The notes beneath the pieces are model-generated. The model had not been told where the DNA came from. It saw only the letters and a program-made list of their open reading frames with translations, and searched no databases. The position numbers and the translations under genes were made by a program. Positions 1-11,851 of a stretch of 64,000 bases of DNA are shown piece by piece (position 1 is the stretch's first letter; each line of letters opens with the position of its first letter). Location of the stretch: contig QPGO01000031.1 in assembly GCA_008632985.1 (NCBI GenBank), positions 124,001 to 188,000 on the forward strand, written 5' to 3'. This DNA comes from Psammoneis japonica (lineage: Eukaryota).

Positions 1-127
1 TGACGTATGATACTTAGTACTAGTGGTACGAGGATTCCACGTAAGTAGATCCAACGGTGATTTATTACTGGGTTGTTCGTCGTCTGCACATCCATCATTC
101 TCTCACGAAACATCGAGACGGTCAACC

Positions 128-693
128 ATGGTGCGTATGCGCGTCGCTTGTTTGCGGATTCTTTTTTCGTTGACTGCATTCGGCTTTACCTGAGCGTATT
201 CAAAAAATATTTGGAAAGGACTGAATAACTTTTCGTTTGAGTAATCTTGAGAGTCGCATGTGATGCTGCATTTTGCATTCGCTTTGTCGGCACGTCGCCG
301 ACGGCGTAGGATCAGTACTGGCGGCTACGGGTGACTGGCGACTGACGGACTGTTGAGAGCCGACTTTTGATTGCTAGGCCCTAAACCCGAATGTGTGAAG
401 CATGTTGATTCTCACTTTTCGTGTATTCGTTGTACTCACACCAACCATTCTGTCTCTCTCGTGACTCTATCATTCGATTTTAATCTCTACAGTCAGAAGA
501 AGAAGTTGTGGATCCTCTTCCCAAGCTGCGAGCGGAATGCATGTCCAAGTGTACGGCGCCCAAGGCGGATTACGATGCTTGTGTAAAGCGGATCGAGGCA
601 AACAACGAGGGTGATTGTGAGGCGTGGTACTTTGATCTGCTGCACTGTGTGGATAAATGCACCGCACCCCAGGTTTTCAAGTATGTCAAGTAG
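128..693 (+). CDS. QCR6: Cytochrome b-c1 complex subunit 6 (hinge protein); join(128..130,493..693)
   Basis: ATG at 128 is followed by a GTGCGT donor, with an acceptor ...CTCTACAG ending at 492. The spliced product MSEEEVVDPLPKLRAEC...YDACVKRI...GDCEAWYFDLLHCVDKCTAPQVFKYVK fits the UCR_hinge pattern (acidic N-terminus, DP, CxxR, HCVDxC). Confidence 0.9.
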
Positions 694-2669
694 TGAAGAA
701 AAGCAAATTTTCTTTAAAGATTCCATACTAGACTAAGAAACCACGGCACGCTTCCTTTTTTGCACGCACGATTTGTTTTGAGATGTACTCTAGAGTAGGT
801 TGGAAAACATTTGTTCTTACTTGTTGTTTCTTTCATTGGGACAAATAATTGCTTTCCAGCATATCCGCCAGTTAACTACGAGTATCAAGTTGCAAAAAGA
901 GACGGGAGAATCTGAATCGCTACTCTAGAAATAGACTTGCAAACGAACCAAGTTCGCCAACAGAAGCACTCAACAGGTTCAAGGATCAACCAACCACCCT
1001 GAGCTCGGGCTCCCTACTTTCTAAGGTACCAGTACGGCAGAGATTGGATCTGTCATATCTAGAGTAGAGATATGTGAGGTAAACAAAGATCAACAACAGG
1101 AAGCACTGTTGCATGTACGATCTTCTTAGAGAAGACCTAAGGGTAGGCATGGTTCCTCTACTCTCTAGCTAGAGTGGCTAGAGTAGAGAGCATGGCATTT
1201 GCACCTCCTCCGCCTAACTACCGTATTTGCACAGACAAGTTTCCGCCGCAAGCGCAGACAAAAACGGTCACCCAAGATCGACTGACTCACAAAAGCATCG
1301 CACGCGCATGCCAGAAAACGTATCCATCCGCGGTATGGTAAGTGCGGTCATAACGGCGGTATGGAAATCTGATTGGACAAACGACGTCAGCTAAAAACTT
1401 TGTTGTTCACAATAAGTAATGTTGACATCATTATTGCCCCCCCAGCTACTACCGGTACGGTAGCCGCACGCACGCAATCTACCTACAGTACGGTACGTAC
1501 AGTACTGTACACTGTATCAGACGCATCACGTCAAATACTTCTACTGAAGCCGCGCGTACATAGAATTGTTTTTGTGCAAGTCGCCATGGCGGTGTGTGGT
1601 CGTTTTGGACAACTTCTCTCTACTTTATGACTGTAGAAGTAGCATCAATCGATAATATGAAGTAGTTATGATACGTGTCGAGAAGGAAATGGTAACGCTT
1701 TACGTACTTCTTTCCAAAATGGACCTGTTGTATTGAAAGAATTTTTCAGGTCTTTTCTTGCATCGCAGATGGCCATGCATAAGGTCCCTAAACTAGATCT
1801 CTATGACACAGAAACTACCATAGAGAGTAATTTAGATATAGCGGATTGAACGGTGTTATATGTAAGCTAAATGATTTTAGTATAGGTGGACTAAATGGCC
1901 CGAGAAGGACGGTGCAAAACTTTCTACTTGAAAGTTGAAGAAATTATCCCTTAAGAGTGTCGGACTTGCATTGAACAAAAAGAGAAACAACGAACACATA
2001 CTAACAAGAACACTGCGGTTCTAATGGTGTTATTTTTATGCTCACCAGTCCGAAAGTTGCCGCTGTCATGGGCGGTTCGTGCTGTTTGCGTACACAGTGT
2101 GTTGTCTTTTTTCACGTCTCTTGGCTCTTGGGGACTTGAGAATTTTTGAAGTTGCTAGGCGGCGGCGACGCACGGGCCGAATAGATGGTGGGGTAAGGAT
2201 GATGTCATCTTTACTTTTAATGTGAAGAGTAAATTTCATAGCTGACGTCGTTTGTCCAATCAGATTTCCATACCGCCGTTATGACCGCACTTACCATACC
2301 GTGGATACGTTTTCTGCGCGCATGCACGCAATCAAGCAACAATGCCAACGGTCTTGAAGTCGTCAGGACTGGCCAACGTTGTCGTAGAAAACATACGATG
2401 AGATGCGTAGAAATGGCTCACGTCAGCATGTCGGCCATCAGCAACCAGACAACAACATGCCGTTTGCTGAATTGAAATCGGCGTCTTTGTTGAGGTCGGA
2501 AGCTTCGGTCTGAAGAATTGTTCTTCTGAAGCAGAACAAATACACTGTAGCATTATCGACGAGCTCTTAAGTGGCGCTATCTGAGAACCGCCTGTTTTTT
2601 TCTTTTCTGGTTGGTTGAATACATCGTTTGCATCTTCAATCTTGACTATTTATTTCTGCAAAACAAAAA

Positions 2670-5014
2670 ATGAAGTATGACAGATACATGCTACTCGCTT
2701 TCTTGGTGTCGGCACGCATCGACGCGTTTGTTCCACCCACAAACAGAAACAATGGCGTGTTCTTGAGTTCCACCATAAGGAGAACAAGATCATCACACCT
2801 CTTTGAATCAGTTATGGAAAAAGAAGAAACGAAAACAAAAGACTCTGCAGAAGAACCGCTTTTGAGCGAGCTCGACGCTCGAGTCCTTAACTCCATGTTG
2901 GATAACGAGAAGTTGGACTTGGAGACGGAGGAAAATATGAAGAAATTGCTAGAACGAGGTATAGCTCCAAAAACACCTGATAAGCCACCCACACGAGAGG
3001 ACTTGGAAGTCAAAGGAGAGTACAATTCAAAGCTTTTGAATAAATTGTCGAGTGACGAACTCTGGACGTCCCTGAAAGCCAAGGCTGGTGAGGTTCTAGA
3101 GACGGTTGCTATCTTTGTAGCGAACCGAGTCGAGAGGGATGCCAAGCTATTGGCTGCGGTTGGACTCTTTGCTTGGGATCGTGCTGTACGTGATGTCGCT
3201 AGAGCGCTTCCCGAGAGTGGCACATCCGGTGCTGCCGTGGGCCGTGCAGTGCGAATGGCGTCTCGGCAGCTCACAAACTCGAGTTCGTTTGACGACAATA
3301 TTGCTGCAGAGCAAGAGAAAAAGGCGAAAAAGTTGGAAGATCTCAATTTATACGAAGAGCTCAACACTCCCATGGATGAAATCCGTAGTGTGACGCAATC
3401 CATTTTGGATATATTGGGAGGTGAAGATGTGGCGACCACGACCACAACAACACGCACTCGTGGGTTGCGAACCGTTGCACCGGCTGGTCAAGCCAACACT
3501 GCCGAGCGACAACGACGTGCTTACAAGCGGAGAAAAGACACTGTGCTGAAACGAGAAAAGGAAGGTCTGGACAAGAAGTTAGGTCGGACCGCCGGAGGTT
3601 TGACGGATGCAGCGTGGGAAATGAAACAGGAATTGCAGGCTGAAAGTAACAAACCGGGATACCGAACCGAGGGAGCTCGCAAGGCGATAAAGGCTGGTGC
3701 AGAGCAGACAGCGAAAACACTGAAAGCTGCCAAAGACGAGCCGGGAGGATGGGCAAAGATTCTGCTTGGTCCTCTCAAGGAACAGAAACTAAAGAGAATG
3801 GCTGCTGCAGCAGAAGAAGAAGCTGCAACATCAGCGGCGGTTAGCGTCCGGGCGGAGTTGTTGCAGGAACGATCTCGTGTTATCGCAAGCATCCAAAAGT
3901 GCCTTGCTGTTCCAGACGAGACTTGGCTTGCCCCTGACATTTTGAATGGGTGCGTTTCTGAGGAAGACGGATGTCCCACAGAGATTGACGACGAGGTATT
4001 GCGCGAAGTAGTGACGTCCATGATTTGCTTGCGGGACGACTTGGAAGCATCTGAAGTAGACGACGATACAGACACGGAGACTCTACTCGCCGAGCTCAAG
4101 CGGGTAAAGGGCGCAATCGAATCCACTTCATCCCTTGCGGCAGTTGCTGCCGGTTATGTTGCGGCTGAAAATCTCAGCAGCGCTTTATACGGACGGGAAG
4201 ACTCAAGAACCAGCGAGCCGACTCTTCTTAGACTAGATGAGCTTGAAACGTTGCTCCGTGCACCACCAGTTGAACCCAAGTCGCTTGTTGTTGAACCTGT
4301 GGCACCTGCGGTTGACGCTGTTGAAGAGATAAACGGAGGCGGAGTTGTCGACGTTACTGTAAACGGGGAATCCAAGACCGGTTGGCTTGCTGACGTTCAA
4401 GAAACGGATGTAATAAAAAATGGCCATGCAGTGGAACAAGATGTCACCCCTGCCTACAAAGTGGAGGAAGAGACCATACACAACGCTGTGGTTGTACCCG
4501 AGATCGTTGATGTCGTCGATGCGACTGTTGCCGTAAACGGCGACAGCGTTGTGTTTGAAAGCGAAATCGATTCTGGTTCTGCTGTTCTTGAATCTGATAA
4601 TCTAATGTCTGCGGCGGTAGAGATTGTTTCCGATGAAGACTTTGACGAAGTCTTTGGGAACGCAAAATCAACCTCTGTCGTGTCGGAGGAGGAAATGGAG
4701 ATGGAGGAAGCGCAGGAGGAAAAGAAGGACAATTTGCTCGTCAAGGTGACACTCCGTGCATTGGACGTGGTCGTCTTTGTCGCCGAAAAGGTGCTCACGG
4801 TAAGTTGAAGTATTGTGATTACAGATGCGCGAGCTGAGCGTCTTCTCATTTCCTCACCTCGCTTGCTCCTAAACATCTACAGGTTGGTATTCCCGGTATC
4901 TTCAAAGTGGGGAAGACTGCTTCGTCTAGGTTTGCTGGAGTTAACAGAGACGGGCTTGGATACAAGGGATGGAAGAAACTGGGCAACGTTAATGACGGAA
5001 AGAACAAATACTAA
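2670..5014 (+). CDS. Hypothetical plastid-targeted protein, about 753 aa; join(2670..4799,4883..5014)
   Basis: 712-aa ORF with a signal peptide ending IDA-FVP (ASAFAP-like heterokont plastid motif) and an S/R-rich transit peptide. A GTAAGT donor at 4800 and CTACAG acceptor at 4882 give an in-frame last exon ending KNKY*. Confidence 0.8.
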
Positions 5015-5263
5015 TAATACGAGGAAGAGAAACACGACAGCAAATGAAATAAGCGATTCTGTCCTGCTCACCAATCTGGTGGGCGTTAGTCCATCGTGAC
5101 CACGCTTTTTGGACCAGTCGTAACACACCAATCGTCGTCGCGCTGGATGAAAGACAATTCCAACATGATGCAAAGAGCCGAACGAAAGCAGTTAAATAAC
5201 AAGGCTACTAAGACATCATCTCCCTTTCTACATCACGCATACCCCTCATTGATCTATGCGACG

Positions 5264-6367
5264 CTACAACAAGTCCGCCATATTTTCGTTCAATTCTTTG
5301 GATTCTTGACCTGGAGACAATGGGAGAGTGTCATTGTCGTTGTACTCTGGGTGGCCGAAGGAAGAGGAGGGAGGACCACTCATGCACCTCATGGTCAATT
5401 CCGACGTTACAAAGTTGGCCTTTTCCACAATGGCTCGCTCGGCCAAGGTCCTTTCTCTCCACCGCCGAACCAAGATCAAAAGTCCCCCAAGCGACGCAAC
5501 GTACAGTACAATCATAAAGGTCAAAAAGAGCTTGTGCTCCAGGCAGAGTTCGAGGAAGATGATTCTTGAGACGCTTTCTTTAACGCTTTCTCTCCCTTGA
5601 CGAATTCACAGTGATCTCCGCTGAAGCCATTTATACAATCACATCCAGGGTGGCTATTGACAGAAGCAAGGTAAATCGAGAAGCGACAAGGAATAAGTGC
5701 AAAGAGAAAGACAATCAAAGAATCAGGCCTAAATTCAACCTCATACGTCAACGAAAGATACAACTTACTCGTCATCTTTACCAACATATGTCTTGCAGGA
5801 CCCTCCGTTGGTGCAAAAGGCCTTTTTAGACACGTGACCACTTTCGGTACAGTATTCAGAAGCCGGGTGCGAGCAATCTAGGCCAGCGTAGGCAGTAAGG
5901 TAGTAGGCTTCAGCACAGCTGCAGTACGCCTGACCATTGTCAATTCGACAAGGTGCTTCGTTCTGACAGTATCGTTCTTTACCAAAAGCAGTAAAGCACA
6001 AATCCACCTCCTTTTCGCAGATAACACCGCCATAGCCTTTTGAGCAGTTACATTTCTGCAGCATGGTGTGCTTGTGCGCCTCTTTCTTCAGCTGCAACAA
6101 CTCGCATGATCCTCCGTTCTCACAATTCTCTTCGCACGTTTCGAATCCATCAACAACATCGTCATCGTCGTCATCATCGTCATCATAATCATCCCCATCC
6201 TCTCCATCTTGAAGGCTTCTCAAGACGGACGCATTTTCATCGACACGGTTTCTAGTCGCCAGAGGCGAGACAAGTTGCTTCACAAATTTTCCTTCCGACG
6301 ACTCCACTTCAATCCCCTCAATCAAAAAGAGCGACGGAAGTCCTACAACCAGAGTAAATAATCTCAT
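5264..6367 (-). CDS. EGF-like repeat type-I membrane protein (one intron, one apparent frameshift near 5522)
   Basis: Signal peptide, poly-Asp tract and three EGF-like modules (CENGGSC...CNCSKGYGGVIC, CQNEAPC...CSC...YAGLDC, CTNGGSC...CDCINGFSGDHC). Intron donor at about 5768. The TM segment FMIVLYVASLGGLLILV-RRWR lies in a shifted frame at a T-run. Confidence 0.75.
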
Positions 6368-6815
6368 TGTTGTTTTAAAATAATTGGAAGCCGTAAAGAA
6401 GCAAGAGGAACAACAAATGCCGGTACAGAGGTAGTCGCCCTCTCCAACTCCACTTACTGTACTTCGCGTTGCTTTTCTTTTTTTGGTTTTTTCATCTCAC
6501 TTTCGCATCCCGTCGTGTAGGATGTGGTATGCTTTCTACGTGAAGTCATTGATTCAAAATGTATTTATGACCCCAACGATTAGAGTCTGTCAAAAGAATA
6601 TAAATACAATGTCGCAACTAATTGAGATTTAATGACTATGACCTTGATAGTCATTAAGCCAAAGATCGCAATCAATCGATAGTCTAGATAGATGGAATCA
6701 CCCATTTTCAATTTTTCAACGCGCTTTATGCTTTATCTTCATGATGTCTTCGAAACGGCCAAGGCGTAGGCATTGATTGCAATCCCTAAACCACAAGAAA
6801 AAGGAGCTTTTCACC

Positions 6816-7641
6816 ATGGCAAAGAGAAACACCAATAGTCAGTGAGAAAAAGATGAGAACGAGGAAATTTCAGAGAATCATAGAATTCTCAAGCAGATGC
6901 TACTCTCAACCATGACGCTGTTTCGGACGACGAGCTCAGCAACGACGGTTCGGCACCAAGAAGAAGAAAAAGGGTCACTCGTTGTCCATGACGGAAGCCT
7001 ATAATGGCAAACTGCGGAAAGGCGGTATTGTCTACGTTGCACGAATACCGCCGCGCATGAATCCGTCGTTGCTGCGAGACTGCCTTGTGGACGAATGAAG
7101 ACAAGACGGAAGGTGCGGAAACGACACGCAAAAAGGAGGTTGGTCGACCGGGAGCAAAATGATACGTGGAGGGATGGGTAGAGTTTGAAGACAAGAAAGT
7201 AGAAACACGCGCAGCGTAAGCACTCAACAATACCGCAATTTCCAATCACAAGAGGAATGTTCAATACGGTAAGTGTGAACGATAGTTTGGCTACAGAGTG
7301 TTTTGTAATCAGTCAGCATCTTATATGACTCGTTTGTTTCCCGTAGGTGGTGTGTGTAATGGTGGCATTTAACCGAAACGATTGCCTACGAACGGCGAGT
7401 CCACGAACATAAGCTACGAGTCGAAGTGATACAGGCTAAGCGTGAGAATGCGGCATACCGGTACACCCAATTGGTGGAGACGGGTAAGAAGCTGGACAAG
7501 ATTGAAGCCCGCAAGCGAAAGCGCGGAGAAGCCAGGGAAAGGAGCTCGTTTCCTTTGTCGCAACAAACAAAGACACTCGACGAACACGGAACAAAGCATG
7601 ACAAGGCAGCCAAGAGTACTGTCCTACAATCGTTGGTGTAA
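6816..7641 (+). pseudogene. ESF2: ESF2/ABT1 (pre-rRNA processing RRM protein) pseudogene
   Basis: Motifs GIVYVARIPPRMNP, YVEGWVEFEDKK, LNNTAISNHKR and [29 protein letters not shown]. Intron at about 7269-7346. Several stops, indels and missing segments. Confidence 0.75.
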
Positions 7642-8244
7642 TATCACCATTCGATTGTCTGTGGTGGCTTGTCATGCAGCGTTTGACGTTGCCTGACATC
7701 TTTTTATGGTGCAAGCTTCTACTCGAATTTTGAATTTTCCCTCGCCACTGAATTCTTCCATGAGTTTTGGTTGGACAAATTTCTTCCGTGAGAATCGACT
7801 TGGCGACTGACCTTTTACCATACAGTCCTCCCCAACAAACCTCCCAAGCCGGGAGTGAGTCCTCCCAAGCGTTGACTGGCGATTAACAAAAGTCAAGAGA
7901 CACTTTCTCTATCTGCAAACCACCAATCTACTGTACGAACGAAAACGGCGTACACGTATAGATTTCTCTACTGATGCTGTTACCGCTAAAATGAATGAAT
8001 GCCTCCGACAACTCGCTCATTCTGCCGGTTGGCTTGGGAAGGGGGACTAGTAATATGAAATCAGGCACGGTGCGCGACCATCGATAAAGTCGACCTACTA
8101 CTCGCCTGCCTGAAATATGCATTCATGAACTCCGCCGCTTCCGCTTTGTCTACTTGCGGGCCTGCTAAAGAATCTACCTACCGGCCCGAAAATGCAATAT
8201 ACACTCGATCACGATCTCCGATACCGTCTCTTTTATGCCAGCCT

Positions 8245-10235
8245 CTAATCATGGGACGAGCATTCACCGCAATCAGAAACAACATATTTTCCATACGCAA
8301 GACACTCGGACTCCTTAACGTCTTTTTCGCAACCATACAATCCGCAGCAATCGACTACTGAATAAGGGTCGATAACCATCGGTGGGCACTTTCCGTCGCT
8401 GCAAAAGGATAGACCAGCTCCAAAGTGTTCCCCTCCCAACAATGCACACACATCCTCCGTCGTGTCGATGCACTCGTCCCTTTCCTGGAGGCAACAGGCT
8501 CCAGTTGGAACGTCTCGTGGACAGTCTTTGCCTAGGTCCCCTACGCACTTTTGACCAAATCCCTTGAAGACTCCTTTGCACCGCTTCTTCTTGATCATGG
8601 AGCACTTGACGCCGCATCTAGTTCCCGGGCCGCACCGATATCCGGGAAGTATGGACACGCAGCAAGCCCCACGAAGAGGACAAGTGCTCTGGTTGCAAAC
8701 GGTGTTGTCACCAAGATAGACATCACCTGGCTTCTTGCAGAATTTCTTCTGGATGATGCCACACTTGCTTGCTTCGAGGTTACAGCAGGCCCCTTTCACA
8801 GGCGGGGTGATACGGCAATTGACATTACTGCATTTGCTGCCTTCGCCTTTAAAGACTCCTTCGACTAATACTGCACAATGATACTTTGCGAGGCCGTCAA
8901 AGCAATGCTCACGGATACAGCATGCTCCAGGCTTGTCAACAACTGGGGGAAGGCAGTCGACATCTTCACAAAGTTTATCTTTTCCTTTGAAGACACCGTT
9001 AAGTTCTGATTCACAGAAAGTCTCCGGTGCGTCGTCGACGCAAAGCCCGTCGCCGTAGCAGCAAGCTCCGCGATCTACACCAATGTAATCACAAATGTCT
9101 GGGTGGACACCTGGGGGAGAGCACTTCTCTCCAAAGCCCACAAAAGTACCATCCAGCCACCCGCACGCACTCTTTGTAACCTCAGAACAGCCGCCACCGG
9201 CGAGGCAGCATGCCCCACGAAATGGGCAGTTGTCGTCGTTGCAGGTTGAGCCATCGCCAAGGTAGTCGCCTCCCTCCGTTTTGCACGCTGCTTCCGTGAC
9301 GTGGTTCCAGCATTCTAACTTCTCTTGCAAGCAACAGCCTCCTAGTAGAGGTGGAACAATTGGATCACACGTGTCCGGACGACACAGTGTTTTCGGACCC
9401 TTGTAGTCGCCTGTAGGAACGCAAACGATACTAAAGTGAGTGTTGTCCAAAACCAATCAAAACAACGATTCATTCATTCGACACGCACCATTGCAATTTT
9501 TCTTTCTGCGAATCTTGCAGTCTCCGTTAGGATCACAGCAGGCACCATAGGCTTCCGGACAGTTCTTTCTTGCGCAGGTGGAGCCGGGTCCTTTGAAGTT
9601 GCCTCCCTGGTTGTCGCACACAACGGGTTGGAGCACAACGCACCGCTCTTCATCTGGAAAGCAACATGCCCCAGCGCGGCAAGTTTTCCAGAGGCACTCA
9701 ATGCCCCCCTTGAAAGTTCCTCCAGTGTGTTCGCATCCATACTGCGTGTCGAGATAACACGTCTCATCGCCTTCATAGCAACATTGGCCAGGGGTCTTCT
9801 CAAAAGCGTCGCGATTCATACACAGCAGAGAGATTGGCATGTTGAGACCTGTCAGTGAAAAAAACATAAGAGATTGTTTGCGACGCAACGTACCGGTACT
9901 CCCACCGAACCAAGGCTTCTCTCGATCGGGTCAACCGCAACTTCGCCAGGTGCAGGCTGAGAATGCAGTCATCATTAAACAACAGCAGTGCAGGTAAGAC
10001 AATGGTGTAAGGTCCAAGCAAAACGGTATATGATTCATCAAACTTACATCTGCCGAGGTCGATGGAGGCTCTGACACGATCAAAAATCACAAAACGACGA
10101 AAACAAATAGTGTGAGTCAAGAGTGCCACCGCATTTTCACGCAGAGCCATTCACAAAGGTCAACCACCCTAACGCACCTGTCGCCATGCAGAGCACCGTC
10201 AAAAGGAGGAGTCCTCCTCTGTAAAATAGTTTCAT
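8245..10235 (-). CDS. Secreted Cys-rich GACC-repeat protein, paralogue 1 (multi-exon)
   Basis: Signal-peptide exon MKLFYRGGLLLLTVLCMAT, a 23-nt micro-exon, then exons overlapping ORFs 9457..9888 and 8245..9456 with about 40-45 aa repeats GACC-x-C-x-C-xGGxF/YxGxGxxC-x-C. Confidence 0.85.
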
Positions 10236-10719
10236 TGTGGAACGAGAATTTGTTTTGATTGACGAGGTGTTCGTTTTGCTTTTTATGAGTCGTATCGCGG
10301 CGCTCCGACAGAGAAAATGTGAATGGAATGAGTGCCGGTAGAGGGTACGGGCTCAAATACCAAGAAAGCCATTTGTCCACAATCTTTCCCTAAAGACTTT
10401 TGAACTCCCTTGGGCAATATTAAATGACTCAAGCTGGCATTAGTTAGAACACTGTATTTAACACAAAAACATGTTAAATGTTCAAGATTGATTAGGAAAA
10501 CAAAATGGCACTTCTGTGTCGTGTAAATGCCGGTCTAGATCATATTCAGATTCGTGTTGATCGGACACAAAATCGATTGCTGAGTCTTTGAATCCTTAAA
10601 CGATTTCTAGTTAAGTGTTTTCATTTATTATGGATTATTACCCAAGCAGACATTTCATATTGCTTTTCCATTTGCCTGGTGGATCGTGGGAGATCTTGCA
10701 CCGACAGGCAGCGAAGTCC

Positions 10720-11850
10720 GTCACACACCCAACTTTGATGCGGTTGGACAAGCGGATGTGACAATTCGCCAACGTGGTGGGCCAGCAAGTCCAGCTCTTG
10801 TTGACCGATTGAACACTTCAGGATCTAACACAAAGAGTCCCATCCTCAGACAAGTCCACTTCACATGGAACCTTGCCTTGTCGACATCATGATTGAAAAA
10901 CAGCACACCAGAAACTTTTGCACATCGAAGACAAGCCTCCCATTTTTTTGTCTTGAGCCAGCCCATGACGGACCTTGCCACGCTCATCGCTTTTTGAACT
11001 GAGCTTTGCAAGTGAGCCACAAACCCACTTTTGTTTTCACATGCCATGTGTGAGATAGCTGACTCTTGACACATTCGTCAATGCAAGCGCACCTGGATCC
11101 AGCAGCACGCTGGTCCGGCGAGCTCCTCTCTCAAGCTTGTCGTTCTCCTTGCAGTTTTGGCAGCATGTCTTGCCCTGCAATTTAGCATCAAAACCAAACA
11201 TGTGCCAGCACTTCCTGGTCTTGCACACATTTGTTGTGTGCAGCTTGGCTTCTTCCATGATGCTCTTGTCATCATGCATGCAGAAAACATCGGCGCAGTG
11301 GCGGACGTGCACCTCAGCTGACTGCATGTCCAATGCTTCACTGCACTCTCACAAAATTCTTTCACAGCATGACATCTTTGCTTCCACAACTCCACCCATG
11401 TAAACTGAAGTCTTTCAATCATCATGCATGGCACGTTCTCTCTGCCAATGTTGTTTCTTTCATCTGCACCTGTCATCAATTGACACAAGTTGGCAGCATC
11501 CCGTCTTGCATGTGGGTCAATGCACAGGGATGTCCTCCTGCTTGCCAACCCTTCCATGAGTTCATCCAATGAGAAGCTAAAATCTGCTGCTGCCCTCTGC
11601 AGATGCTCTGGGCATGGGTTCGTTGCGCTTGGTGTCCCGCTCATCGACAGTCCCATCGTGTCCTTTGTCTCAAGGAACTTTGGCAAACAGCCACTTGGCC
11701 ACTTCTTTTTGTTGGGTTTGAACCATGCAGCAACTTGCATGGATTGCATTGACAATGCACTCTTCCACATTCATTGTTTTCTTGACACAAACAATGTGCA
11801 TGGGCTCCAAAAGCTCCTCACCTCACCTCACATTCACACTGAACATTGAA
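10720..11850 (-). mobile_element. Possible 3' fragment of a degenerate non-LTR retrotransposon
   Basis: The remnant ...LQFTWVELWKQRCHAV resembles the C-terminal LWxxRNxxV segment of diatom LINE ORF2. Otherwise unrecognisable. Confidence 0.3.
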
Positions 11851-11851
11851 T

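Noticed and set aside
1156..1190. Imperfect CTCTACTCT...AGAGTAGAG hairpin in a CTAG-rich intergenic stretch
   Set aside because: Short and low complexity, with no TSD or second copy seen.
2636..4876. Long antisense ORFs overlapping the 2670 gene
   Set aside because: Shadow frames of a real CDS.
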